From Gekko japonicus (Eukaryota): DNA of 64,000 nt. Position numbers and translations under genes: made by a program. Each line of letters opens with the position of its first letter. The first letter of the stretch is position 1. Below the pieces are notes generated by a model, which was not told the DNA's origin, made no database searches, and was given only the letters and a program-made list of their open reading frames with translations. This document shows positions 52,294 to 64,000 of the stretch, one piece after another. The stretch is from the NCBI RefSeq assembly GCF_001447785.1, contig NW_015172030.1, forward strand, positions 512,856-576,855, given 5' to 3'.

Positions 52294-54427
52294 GCTCACA
52301 CCCTTTTGTCTCCGCTCGGGAAGGATGGCTCCAGAGTGAACTAATTTACACAGTAGCTAAATCGCTCGCCCACAACTTTAATGCCAGTCGCTCACCAAGT
52401 AGAATTTTTCCTCACAAGGCTCCCCACAGCTTAGAGGGAACATTGCTCAGATTTTCAATTTGATATTGTTATAAGGGACACTGATTGTCTAAAGAATCAG
52501 GGCTTCTCATTCTGCTCTACCCCAAGTTCCACAATCTGGAGAGCACTGTACTTCGATCTCGTTGTGTTTGATATTGATTTGTTAAATGACTCCGAAAGTC
52601 GATAGGTTATAGAAAGAAAGTTACATCGCATCAATACTTTTTAAAACATGGTTTGCCTGTTCTAGATTCATTTAGTGACCTTAGAGCTATCGTTACAATG
52701 GCACTGTTGTTCTTTATAATGATTGCTTCATACACTCTGATCCTCCTAGCTATTCCCACAAAATGGCTGCCGCAGGGGGTGGAGCCAGCTACAGAATGGC
52801 TGCCGCAGCTTCCCTTCAGTCACTCGATGAAGCTCCTTGTGCTGCGGTGGCAGCTGCCGCCGAAGCAACATGTAAACAAAAAAATCTGCACAGCCAATCA
52901 AATCGCCCGTCAGGAGCATTGCTGGGCTAAAGCCCCGCCCGGCCCCGCCCACTTTCTAGAAATGCCCACAGGCACCAAGTCGGGTTCCTCTGCTGTAGAA
53001 CAAACACTTATGCTTCACAGCACTCAGTCCGTATAACCATCTGCGGGTGAACGCGTGAACATGAAAGGCTGGTTCACTTTCGGTTTCTCAGCATCTCTGT
53101 GCTGTCGGTTGGCCACCGCGCAGTGGAAAGTGAGGCTCGATTTCCTGGAAAGCGGCCATGAGTAGGAATGTCGAGAAGGGGGCCCTGGTTGGCAGCAGAG
53201 CTGGGAGGGGCCTTGTTTGTATTGGGTGGTCCTGGATGTCTTCACGCCCCGGGAACAGGCCCTCTAGACTGCAGTGCCCGTCTGTACTTAGGAGGGCAGC
53301 TCAGTTCTCCTTGAAGTCGCCTCCTCCAGAGGTGCCCGACCTTTTTGAGCCGGTGGGCACCTCTGGAATTCTGACACAGGGTAGTGGGGCACAGGAGGCT
53401 GAGCCAGTCACACCCCCCGAGGAACTGCAAGGGAGGATAGAGCCAATTTTTAAAATAGAATCGGAATCATAGAGTTGGAAAGGACCTCTGGGGTCATAAG
53501 AACATCAGAGACGCAAATGTTGGATCAGACCAAAGGCCCATCCAGCCCAACACTCTGTTGTGTCACACAGTGGCCAGAAATACCAGTGCCATCAGGAGGT
53601 CCACCAGTGGGGCCAGGACATTAGAAGCCCTCCCACTGTTGACCCCCCCCCCAAGCACCAAGAAGACAGAGCATCCCTTGCCCCAGAGCCCCTAGCTATA
53701 CCTTGTGGCTAATAGCCACTGATGGACCTCTGCTCCATATGCTTATCTAATTCCCTTTTGAAGCCGTCCATGCTTGTAGCTGCCACCACTTCCTGTGGCA
53801 GTGAATTCCATGTGTTAATCACTCTTTGGGTGAAGAAGTACTTCCTTTTATCCGTTCTAACCCGACCGCTCAGCAATTTCATGGAGTCAGAAGGAGTTCA
53901 TGTATTGTGAGAAAGGGAGAAAAGTACCTCTTTCTCTACCTGCTCTTTCCCATGCATAATCTTATAAACCTCAATCATGTCACCCCTCAGTCGTCGTTTC
54001 TCCAAGCTAAAGAGCCCTAAGTGCTTTAACGTTTCCTCATAGGGAAAGTGTTCCAACCCTTTTATCATTCGAGTTGCCCTTTTCTGCACTTTTTCCAAAG
54101 CTATAATCTTTTTAACCCGACCGCTCAGCATCTAGTCCACGGTGTCATCTAGTCAAACCCCCTGCACAGTGCAGGGAATTCACAAATACCTCCCCTCCCC
54201 ACACCCCCGCTGTTCCATGCCCAGAAGATGGCAACACCCCACCCACCCCTGGATCTCTGGCCAAACTGGCCTAGAGAAAAATGGCTTCCTGACCCCCAAG
54301 GTGGCGACCGGCATTTCCCTGGGTGTGCAAGAAAGGGCCACGAGAACGAAGCACTGAGGCAACCCTCCCTGCCCTCCCTCTCACGGGGCAACAGAAAGCA
54401 ACTCCGCCCCATCCTCTGTGTGACAGC

Positions 54428-54734
54428 TGGGCTTACCAAGTACTTACCGAGAATCGGTGGGGGACACATACGGTACTTCTTCTCAGGGCCGTTCCCGCGT
54501 GGAAAACAGACGCGCCGCACCATGCCGTCGCCAGGAAGTGACGCCGGGTGACACTCTGGCAATGGGGCTGGAAACTCGATGGTATTATCGAGTTTCCAGC
54601 CCCATTGCCAGAGCGTCGCCCAGCGTCACTTCCTGGCGATGGCATGGTGCGGCATTGGTGTGTTACAGGGAGGAATGTTCCGGCTGGGGACCACGTGTCC
54701 CTTGCCGATTCGCGGTAGGTACTTGGTAACCCTA
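54428..54734. mobile_element. hAT-like palindromic MITE
   Basis: Inverted ends gggcttaccaagtac / gtacttggtaaccc; 8-bp TSD gtgacagc. Confidence 0.7.
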
Positions 54735-55549
54735 GTGACAGCCCTTCAAGTGCTTGAAGATGGCTATCATCTCATCTCTCAGTCGTCTCGGCAAGGCCCC
54801 CCCCCCAAAGTGGTTCCACCCACTTTCAGAAAACACTTGGCAGGTGCCAGGTAAGGTGTCAGCGGGGCAGCCATGGGAACGACAGTGGAGGACCCCCCCC
54901 CCGGTCTAATCCTTTAAAAAAGAGCCATAAGAGAACATAAGAGAAACCAGCATTGGATCAGGCCAGTGGCCCATCCAGTCCAGCACTCTGTCACAGTGGC
55001 CAAAAATACCGGGTGCCATCAGGAGGTCCAGCAGTGGGGCCAGGACACTAGGAGCCCCCCCACTGTTGCCCCCCCCCAAGCACCAATAATACAGTGCATC
55101 CCTTGCCCCAGACCAAGAGTCCCTATCTATACCTTGTGGCTCATAGCCACCGATGGACCTCTGCTCCATCTGTTTATCCAGTTCCCTCTTGAAGCCATCC
55201 AGGCTTGTAGCCGCCACCACCCCCTGTGGCAGTGAATTCCATGCGTCAATCACTCTTTGGGTGAAGAAGGACTTCCTTTTATCTGTTCTAAGAGTTTAGC
55301 CGTGTGGAGCCAGTTCCAGGAAAGAGAGCTCACGCGGCACCTTTTGGGTAACGGGTTTATTAAGACTAACACCACAATAAATCTGTTAGCATTCAAGCTA
55401 CGATGCTTTAAAAGGGGGGGGGGAGCAATTTGTGCTTTTCGGCCACCACCGCAGTCTCGCAGCACCGGATTCTGAACGAAGGGGGGGGGAGGAATGCTTG
55501 ATGTGTTTCAAAGAGTGCTTTCTTCTCTCTTTTTGGTCTCCGCCTCCAG

Positions 55550-55615
55550 GAAGAAGAAATGGGAAGCTACGTGACGTCTTTGCTGAAGAAGGCACTGCCC
55601 CAAATCACAGCGTGA
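55550..55615 (+). CDS. INTS11: INTS11 terminal coding exon
   Basis: Polypyrimidine tract plus CAG; EEEMGSYVTSLLKKALPQITA* resembles the vertebrate INTS11 C-terminus (DEELGSFLTSLLKKGLP). Confidence 0.88.
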   Translation, partial: EEEMGSYVTSLLKKALPQITA

Positions 55616-55710
55616 CCCGCCCCCTCACTGGCATTTTTGGGACGCTTTCCCATAGGCAGTAGGTGCGCAGGCCGACTGTAAATACTGTAGGTGTTTGGTT
55701 TATCTTTTAA

Positions 55711-55716
55711 AATAAA
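55711..55716 (+). terminator. Polyadenylation signal of INTS11
   Basis: AATAAA ~95 nt after the stop codon. Confidence 0.65.
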
Positions 55717-55819
55717 TTTTAATCGTGGTACCTTGGGCCTTTTCTGCTGACGGACACAGGGCAACTTACTGCGTTGTTCACATTGCAGGCTCCAAAGAGG
55801 ATAAGGCTGTGGTAACTTT

Positions 55820-56175
55820 TAAAGGTAAAGGTAGAGGTTCCCTTGCTCGAAAGCCAGTCGAATCCGACTCTGGGGTTGCGGTGCTCATCTCCGTTTCAAA
55901 GCCAAAGAGCCAGTGCTGTCCAAAGACGTTTCCGTGGTCATGTGGCCAGCATGACTAAACACCAAGGCGCACGGAACGCTGTTACCTTCCCACCGAAGTG
56001 GTACCTATTTATCTACTTGCAATTTCTTGCTTTCGAACTGCTAGGTTGGCAGGAGCTGGAACTAGAGACGGGAGCTCACTCCATCATGCAGTAACTCGGG
56101 TCTCGAACTGCTGAACTACTGACCTTCCACAGCCGGCAGTTCAGCGTCTTAACCACTGGAGCCACCGCAGCTCCT
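55820..56175 (-). mobile_element. Sauria SINE
   Basis: Family match; TSD tgtggtaactttt. Confidence 0.8.
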
Positions 56176-57423
56176 GTGGTAACTTTTACCAGACTGCAAA
56201 TCTATTGGCAATGAACACCCGCGACTTGATTATTTCTTTAAAAGCCACGAAGCTGCTTGCTACACCCCGGCTCCTCCAACATCCAGAGGGGGGAAACAGG
56301 GACACTCTTGCGGATTTGGCACGTACATGAATACACGAAGCCGCCTTCTACTGAATCAGACCCTCGGTCCATCAATGTCAGTCTTGCCTACCTAGACTGG
56401 CAGCGGCTCTCCAGGGTCTCGGGCAGAGGTCTTCCCCATCCCCTGCCACCTGGTCCTTTTAGCTGGAGAGGCCGGGGATTGAACCTGGGACCTTCTGCAT
56501 GCCGAGCAGGTGCTCTGGCACTGAGCCACGGGCCCTTCCCCACGAAGTGCCCTCTGCAGAGTAAGGCTGCTGGTCCCTCTGGCTCAGAATTGTCCACCTT
56601 GTCCAGCAGCGAAATGTCTTCCCCGGTACCCGGTTTGGTGTAATGGTTAGGCGCGCGGACTCTAATCTGGGAGAACCGGGTTTGATTCCCCACGCCTCCG
56701 TGTGCAGCTGCTGGTGTGACATGGGGTCAGTCACAAGTTCTTGCAGAGCTGTTCTCTCAAGAGCAGTTTTTGAAAGAGGTCTCTCGGCCCCACCTACCTC
56801 ACGGACTGCGGTCACACACACTAAATAATAATCTGGGAGAACCAAGTTTGAATCCCCACTCCTCCACGTGCAGCTGCTGGTGTGACATGGGGTCAGTCAC
56901 AAGTTCTCGCAGAGCTGTTCTCTCAAGGGCAGTCCTCGAAAGAGCTCTCTCGGCCCCACCTACCTCACAGGGGCTGTGGTCACACACACTAAATAATAAT
57001 CTGGGAGAACCAGATTTGAATCCATACTCATCCACGTGCAGCTGCTGGTGTGACATGGGGTCAGTCACAAGTTCTCGCAGAGCTGTTCTCTCAAGGGCAG
57101 TCCTCGAAAGAGCTCTCTCGGCCCCCCCTACCTCACAGGGGCTGCGGTCACACACACTAAATAATCCACTTCCAGTGCACTTTCCAACTGGATTTTTACT
57201 GTGTGAACTGGCAAAATCCAGTTGGAAAGTGGATTATTTAGCGTGTGTGACCGCAGCCAGGGTGCCTGTTGTGGGGAGGGGAAGGGAAAGGAGATTGTAA
57301 ACCGTTCTGAGACTCCCTTGGGTAGCAAAAGGCGGGGCATAACTCCAATCTCCTCTTCTGCCCGAGGCCATTGAACTGGAGGAAGTTGGGACCTCCCGCA
57401 AGCTTAAGCCACGCAGTTTCTCT

Positions 57424-58491
57424 TTAAGGTCCACCAATCTGCTGCGGCACCCTCGACCAGGTCACCCCACCCACGTAATCCCGCTGCCGGGTTCCACGAG
57501 CGCCGGAGTCCTCGCGGTTCCGCCTCCCGCTGACGGTGTAGACCGCGACGGCCCTCGGTCTGAAGCGCAGCCTGCAGCGCCACCGCCCGCTGGCCGAAGT
57601 GAAGTAGTAGAGAATCGGGTTCAGGCAGCAGTTGAAGCTGACCAGCGCCAAGGTGACCCGGCGCATTCCGTAAATAAAGGCAGCAAAGCGGCAGTCCCGG
57701 ATGAGGCCGGCCCGCATCAGGAAGTGGAGGAGGTGGGTGAGGTGGTAGGGAAGGAAGCAGGTCGTGCAGATGAGGAGGATCAGGTAGATGGTGCCCAGGG
57801 CTTTCGTCTTGCGGGCGCTGCGGGGGATGCGGGAGATACGCCTGGCGATGAGGGGATAGCTGATCAAGATGACCACGAAGGGGATGGCGAAGCCAAACAC
57901 CAGGGCACAGACGTTGTAAGGCACCATCCGCCCCCTCCAGCTGCCCGCTCCGAAGCTTTCGAAACAGACCGTCTGGTTACCCTTTCGGGAGGTCAGGGGC
58001 CCTCCCAGGACCAGCGGAACCGCCACTCCCAGCGCCACTCCCCAGAGGAGCGCGGAGACCATCCCGTAATGCCCACTCTTGATCCGGATGTACGCAAAGG
58101 GGTGGAGGACCGCCACGTAGCGGTCGACGCAGATGCAGGTGAAGAAGGCGATGCTGAGGTAGATGTTGACGAAGTACACGCTGCCGGTGACCCTGCAGGC
58201 CACGTCGCCGAAGATCCAGTCGTTGCGGCCGAGGTGGTAGTGGATCTTGAAAGGCAAGACGCAGACGAACAAGGTGTCCACCACGGCCAGGTTGACGAGG
58301 TAGACAAAGGAGCGGGGGGCACCGGCCGTCTTGCAGGTCAGGAGGTAGAAGGCCGCCACGTTTTCCAGCAGGCCCAAGACAAAGACCGTGCTGTAGACGG
58401 CGGGGAAGAAGGAGTACTGGAAGTCCGCTTGGAGGAGGCACTGGGAACTGGCGTTGGCCAGCGTCACATTGGACGGGTCTCTCTCTTCCAT
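57424..58491 (-). CDS. Intronless class A GPCR, P2Y/LPAR4-6-related orphan (LPAR6-like), 355 aa
   Basis: Kozak gcgccATGG; N-glycosylation sites NVT and NAS; 7 hydrophobic helices; NLAVVD, WIFG, CVDRY, CFLPYH, CCLNPILY; N-terminal and ECL3 cysteines typical of the P2Y clade. Confidence 0.92.
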   Translation of the reverse strand: MEERDPSNVTLANASSQCLLQADFQYSFFPAVYSTVFVLGLLENVAAFYLLTCKTAGAPRSFVYLVNLAVVDTLFVCVLPFKIHYHLGRNDWIFGDVACRVTGSVYFVNIYLSIAFFTCICVDRYVAVLHPFAYIRIKSGHYGMVSALLWGVALGVAVPLVLGGPLTSRKGNQTVCFESFGAGSWRGRMVPYNVCALVFGFAIPFVVILISYPLIARRISRIPRSARKTKALGTIYLILLICTTCFLPYHLTHLLHFLMRAGLIRDCRFAAFIYGMRRVTLALVSFNCCLNPILYYFTSASGRWRCRLRFRPRAVAVYTVSGRRNREDSGARGTRQRDYVGGVTWSRVPQQIGGP

Positions 58492-58890
58492 GGCGCCTGG
58501 AGAGGATTGCCTTCTTCTCCGGAAGATCGGAGGTCATTTAACGTCCCATCCCGACAAGTCTGAAGGTTCGGCTTCTGGAAGGGGTTTGGACTTCTTTTGT
58601 CTTGTTCTTCCAGGTTAACAGACGGAACAAAGCTGCAAGGCAGAGAAAGGATGTTAAACTGGCAGGGCTGAGATTGTAGAAGAAGAAGAACAGATTGGTT
58701 TTATACCTGACCTTCACTCGGAGTCTCAGAGCGGCTTACAGTCTCCTTTCCCTTCGTCTCCTCACAGCAGACACCCTGTGAGGTAGGCAGGGCTGAGAGA
58801 GCCCCTTCGAGAACTGCTCTTGAGAGAACACCTCTAACTGTGACTTATCACCCAGCAGCTGCATGTGGAGGAGTGGGAAATCAAACCCGG

Positions 58891-59258
58891 TGTCAGGGTC
58901 CTTAGCCAGGTTACTCAACACACGGCTTCATGAGAAGATAATTGTTTATTGGTAAATCCAGTACTGGAGACACGTGTACAGCTTGTGTCAGGAATGGCTG
59001 CCAATACTAGGGCCTTTGACTTATACTAGACTCAAACATCCCCCCGGTAAGCATGAGCCAATGGATACATCTCGCGCGAGCGGGCAAAGCAAGCAGGCAA
59101 AGCGAAAGCCGTTAACTTTCCCAGCCGAGTAAAACTGCAGCTGGAGCATCTACAAGGTCAAGCATAAGATAGCAAACAGTTGGTGAGCCAGGGAGAGGGA
59201 GACCGAAAACAGGAGGGCACCTCTCCACATTCCAGACCCATGACAGGGCTACCTGACA
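58891..59258 (-). mobile_element. Solo LTR inserted into a SINE
   Basis: TGTCAGG...CCTGACA inverted termini; (a/t)cccgg TSD; minus-strand TATAA ~59021 and AATAAA ~58945. Confidence 0.75.
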
Positions 59259-60884
59259 TCCCGGTTTCTCCCAGATTAGAGTCCGCGCTCCTAACAACGA
59301 CACCAAACGAGAGGGAGGGGCAGAAAAGGTTAAACAATCCCTTCCCCTAGAATAAAACTCTGTTGGTGTTAAAGGTGCCACTTGAACTTTTTTCAGTCCC
59401 TACCCTTCCCCCCAAAAAGCAGGATGACATCTCTCCTGTGTCGATGACCCCTGGGCAGCAGGGTTTCACCGGCCTTTGCCTTAGACCATAAATTGCTTCT
59501 GATCAGCATAAACCCAAGCAAGTGAAGCAAGGGGTGAAGGCAACCGAGGGAGCCCGCGTGCCTTTGCTGTGGGGCACAGGGAAATTGTTGGGGTGTTTAG
59601 GAGAAAGAGGGTTAGGGGGAAGGCCTTAGAAGAGGGGCTACAAAATCCCGCGGGGAGGACATTTCTACTCTTCTCTGGCACTACTGAATGACCCTGCTTT
59701 TGTGCCCTGTTTGGGCTCCCTGGAGCCACGTGGCTGGCTGGCTGGCTGACTCTGCTTGGAAAGGGGATTCCAGACAGACCAGAAGACGATCAGAAGCGAG
59801 GCTGTAAGGATGAAGGAGCCCTGCTGGATCAGACCAGCGGTCCATCCAGTCCAGCATCCTGAACAGATTCAAGAACTGGCCAAAATCATCGGCACCCATC
59901 AGCAGCGACAGCCACTGATTTAGATGGCTTCTGAGATCAGCTGGACAAGTGCATGGAGAAGCCACCATACTGTAGTGGTTAAAGTGTTGGATGAGGATCT
60001 GGATCAGACCAGGGGTCCGTCTAGTCCTCCATGTATCTATCTAATTGCCTTTTAAAGCTGTTCGCTCCTGCGGCCATCACAACAGTCTCTGGCAGCGAAT
60101 CCCACATTTTCGTCACTTTCTGCGTAAAGTGGTCTTTCCTTTTGCCTGTCCTGAACCTACTGCCCGTCAACTTCACCGGACGCCCTCGAGTTCTAGTGTT
60201 TTGGGAGAGGGAGAAAAATTTCTCTTTACCAACTCTGTCCACCCTGTGCATAATTTTATAAACCTTGATCATGCCGCCACCACCACCCATCTCTTTTCTA
60301 AACGGAAAAGCCCCAGACTCATCAGCCTTTCCTCATGGATCCTCCATGTTCTTGCAGTCCACCTCCAAGCCAGTTTGGCGTAGGGGTTAGGAGCGAGGAC
60401 TCTAATCTGGGAGAACTGCGTTTGATTCCCCACTTCTCTACATGCAGCTGCTGGCGTGACCTTGGGTCGGTCACAAGTTCTTTCAGAGCTGTTCTCTGCA
60501 GTCCACCTCCGAGCCAGTTTGGCGTAGGGGTTAGGAGCGAGGACTCTAATCTGGGAGAACTGCGTTTGATTCCCCACTTCTCTACAGGCAGCTGCTGGCG
60601 TGACCTTGGGTCAGTCACAAGTTCTCTCAGAGCTGTTCTCTCAAGGGCGGTTCTCGAGAGAGCTCCCTCAGCCCCACCTGCCTCACAGGGTGTCTGTTCT
60701 GGGGAGCGGAAAGGAGATGGTAAGCCACTCTGAGACGCCGAGTGAAGGGCGGGGTATAAATCCAGTCTGTCTTCTACCGTGTGCTAGGGCCACGGGATGG
60801 GGGGGAGACGCTGCTGCTTCACACGCCTGCTCAGAGATGTGGCTTGGTGCCACTGGATGCCACACTGCTGGATACGATGGGGCC

Positions 60885-61090
60885 CAGTGTTCCCTCTAAG
60901 CTGAGTTAGTGTGAGCTAGCTCACAGTTTTTTAGCCTCCGGCTCACACATTCTTGTCTTCGCTCAGGAAGGAGGGCTCCAGAGCAGACTGATTTATGCAG
61001 CAGCCAAATCGCTCGCTCACAACTTTAGTGCCAGTAGCTCGCAAAGCAGAATTTTTGCTCACAAGACTCCACAGCTTAGAGGGAACACTG
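60885..61090. mobile_element. ~205-bp MITE family (also ~21030-21237, 29246-29450, 31530-31733, 38170-38362, 41640-41841, truncated 52293-52445)
   Basis: TIR cagtgttccctctaagct / agcttagagggaacactg. Confidence 0.75.
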
Positions 61091-61609
61091 ATCAGGGGCC
61101 CTTTGGCAGTGATGCCCTGTGATGACTAAAGATGGCCTTTCTGCTGACGGAAGCTTGGGACTGGGCACAGCCAGTGCTTCTTGCCCTAAGAGAGCCTCTG
61201 AAGGCTGGCTGGAAATGCAAATTCTGGATCGAACCGAATAGAACCCAAAGGAGAGAGACCTCCGCCGGCTGTGAACTTGGCGCCCTCCCATGCAAGCAAT
61301 CCTTGGCAGATTGGGGGGGAGGGACTTACCAGCTTGAGCGATCCTCCCTGTCCTTCCGCCGAACGAGCCGTTCCTCGGGAGGGGGCTGGCCAGGACTCCG
61401 TGCCTCCCCTCGCTCCTCTCCTCTTGGAATGAGGGTACTGCTGCAAGTTGCTTCTGTGCTGCTCGGCGAGGGGAAGAGAAGCCACCACCTCTGTTCCACA
61501 GTAAGAAGCCACAGGAAGTGACGAGCAAAGCCCCAAGGCTGAGGTTTGCAGTGGAAGCGGAGGCTGCAAGGCGGTACGAGCGAGCTGCAGCCGGACCTGG
61601 TGGCTCCCA

Positions 61610-61992
61610 TCAGAAGAGCCCTGCTGGATCAGGCCAATGAGGGTCCCTTTAGTCCAGCATCCCGTCTCACACAGTGGCCGACCAGTTCCTCTGGAGGGCC
61701 AACAACGGGGCATAGAGGCTGAGGCCTTCATTAGAACATCAGAAGAGACCTGCTGGATCAGACCAGTGGCCCATCTGGTCCAGCATCCTGTCTCACACAG
61801 TGGCCGACCAGTTCCTCTGGAGGGCCAACAACGGGGCATAGAGGCTGAGGCCTTCATTAGAACATCAGAAGAGACCTGCTGGATCAGACCAGTGGCCCAT
61901 CTGGTCCAGCATCCTGTCTCACACAGTGGCCGACCAGTTCCTCTGAAGGGCCAACAACGGGGCATAGAGGCCGAGGCCTTCATGAGAACATC
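61610..61992 (+). repeat. Tandem triplication of a ~127-bp retroelement-tail fragment
   Basis: ctgctggatcag...gaggccttcat occurs three times. Confidence 0.8.
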
Positions 61993-63366
61993 GGCTCCAT
62001 GTGTTTAGGATGGTCAGGGAAGAGCTGTGGCTGAGTGGCAGAGCATCTGCCTGGCCTGCAGAAGGTCCCAGGTTCAATCCCCGGCATCTCCAGTTTTAAA
62101 CCGTGTAGTGGGTTTTGGGAAAGACCTCTGCCTGAGACCCTGGAGAGCTGCTGCCCATCTGGCCTTGTACAAGGCAGTGCCATGCGACTGGAGAGTCCTG
62201 TTTGGAACTGCTCGATTCAAGTCCAGGAGCACCTGAGAGACCAAGGTTTTCGGGGTTTGAGCTTTGGAGAGTCAAAGTTCCTTTCGTCTCCAAAGCTGAA
62301 TACCTGAAAACCTTCTTGGTCAACGGAAGAAGGAGATTGGATTTACACCCTGCCCTTCACTCCTCGAAGGAGTCTCAGAGCAGCTTACAATCTCCTTTCC
62401 CTTCCCCTCCCCACAACAGACACCCTGTGAGGCAGGTGGTGCTGAGAGAGCTCTCTCGGGGACTGCTTGTGAGAGAACAGCTCTGGGAGAACTTGTGACT
62501 GACCCGAGATCACACCAGCAGCTGCATGTGGAGGAGCGGGGAATCAGACCCGGTTCTCCCAGATTAGAGTCCGCGCCCCTAACCACTACACCAAACTGGA
62601 GCAATTCTGCTTGGAACTGAAATCCTCTGCACCGACACAAGCAAGGGAGTCCGTGTGAAAAGGACGGCAAAAACTTAAAAGCACTTTTTATTTTTGGCAA
62701 GACGCACCACTCTCTTACTTTGTGCCAGTTCTTTTTAAATAACCTTTAGCGTTCAACTAGCACTTCAGACGATTCGGAGCAGTCAGTGTGCACCATTTCG
62801 GGAAGCTCCCCGCAGCAACAATAACAACAACCTGACAAGATAGCCCAGTTCTGCGGCGGCTGTGACACAGGAGCGGTTTGCCCGAGGCCGGCTTGGGAGC
62901 AGGGTGCAGAGGCGAGAATCCGTCCGGGGGTCTCCCGCTTCTCAGCTCACCCCCTTTGCCGCTGTGCGAGAGCAGCTGCTCAGCCATCCCAGGGAGTCAG
63001 CCAGGAGCTGTGCTCTTCCAGGACCTGTTCTGCACCCCATATCTCCCCAAACCCATCGCTGCCCCGAGAAGGACTAGGTGCTCGCTTCGTACAAAATCAA
63101 TCTCAAAATCCCAAGTGCAATGCGTTCTGCCCAGCAGCGCAAATTCTGTCGGACGGCCGCAAAGTAGACAACCCAGGCTTACGGCTTGAGTTTCAGTCTC
63201 GTTTTCCCCTCATTTTAGGGCTGCGTTTTCCTCCAGGCAGCGCTGGCTTGTTTTGCAGAGAGATGCTCATGTCTGTATCGGCAATGACCTGCAGATGGGG
63301 GGGGGGGGACTGACATGCCTAAGGGGCAAACAGGGTGCACTCCTAGACTACCCCCCCGAAATGGCA

Positions 63367-63440
63367 CTAGTGTTCTTCCACGGGTTCGTGGTCCATACAA
63401 CCGGACTGTAATTCTACCTCTGTCGTTCCTGTCTCCAAAT
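63367..63440 (-). CDS. Candidate terminal coding exon of the next gene (PUSL1 by synteny)
   Basis: ctctcttgtttttgcag acceptor; open phase-1 frame (D)LETGTTEVELQSGCMDHEPVEEH*; upstream G|GTGAG donor at 63994/63993; minus-strand AATAAA at ~62687. Gene identity rests only on conserved gene order. Confidence 0.45.
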
Positions 63441-64000
63441 CTGCAAAAACAAGAGAGGTAAATAACAATAAGAAGAGGAGATTGGATTTATATCCCGCCC
63501 TCCACTGCCCGAAGGAGTCTCAGAGGGGCTTACAATCTCCTTCCCCTCCCCACAGCAGACACCCTATGAGGTAGGCGAGGCTGAGAGAGCTCTCTCGAGA
63601 ACTGCCCTTGAGAGAACAGCTCTGAGAGAACTTGTGACTGCCCCAAGGTCACCCAGCTGGCTGCATGTGGTGGAGTGGGGAATCAAACCCGGTCCTCCCG
63701 GATTAGAATTTGTGCTCTTAACCACTACACCAAACTGGCTCTCATTGCTGCCCCGAGAACGGGTTAAAGAGCCCTCTGCCTGGCAGAGTCCTTCCATTAC
63801 CAGGTCCTTCAACTGCTGAGTGCTGTGCCCACCCCAAGAGAGGAGGAGATGGGCACAAAGCCATGCTTCTGCAGGTCCTCTGTTTACGGCTCCCGGAGGT
63901 TTACCTGGCAGCCGGTGTTCACGGCTTGGAGTGGAACAGCCGAAAGCAGGAAGCCCCCAAAGCGCTGATGAGAAAGGGAGGGGGGTCACTCACCATCTTC

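Noticed and set aside
52445-52740. Degraded Penelope GIY-YIG coding remnant or the missing INTS11 exons
   Set aside because: No convincing open frame and no similarity to the INTS11 C-terminus; too degraded to call.
57424-58491. GPCR nested within an INTS11 intron
   Set aside because: The INTS11 terminal exon and polyA signal (55550-55716) lie before it, so it is a separate convergent gene.
57724-58563. 279-aa plus-strand ORF
   Set aside because: Antisense shadow of the GC-rich GPCR CDS, with no recognisable motifs.
61186-61983. 265-aa repetitive ORF
   Set aside because: Arises from triplicated retroelement-tail sequence.
62020-62095. tRNA gene
   Set aside because: tRNA-like SINE head followed by SINE body, with diverged copies at ~2890-3045, 11790, 35860 and 56330-56540.

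Overview
Vertebrate genomic DNA, almost certainly from a squamate reptile: it carries many Sauria SINEs, CR1/BovB fragments and a SPIN-type MITE, and a gecko-like lineage is a guess. Gene order matches the human 1p36.33 block. TAS1R3 lies on the minus strand (6 exons, last exon running off the left edge), followed by CPTP (minus, complete 214-aa CDS) and a bidirectional CpG-rich promoter containing a 616-nt N gap. Next come INTS11/CPSF3L (plus), an intronless P2Y/LPAR6-like orphan GPCR (minus) and a probable terminal exon of PUSL1 (minus). Three observations stand out. (1) TAS1R3 exon 3 carries an in-frame 426-nt (142-aa) tandem duplication in the Venus-flytrap domain, and its two copies differ mostly at synonymous sites. 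(2) INTS11 lacks about 91 C-terminal codons, and a near-perfect 52-bp x ~51 hairpin-forming tandem array sits in their place. (3) An intact GPCR lies where human INTS11 and PUSL1 are adjacent, with a solo LTR just upstream of it. The introns are dense with nested transposons. Exon coordinates were read by hand from splice signals and reading-frame continuity.
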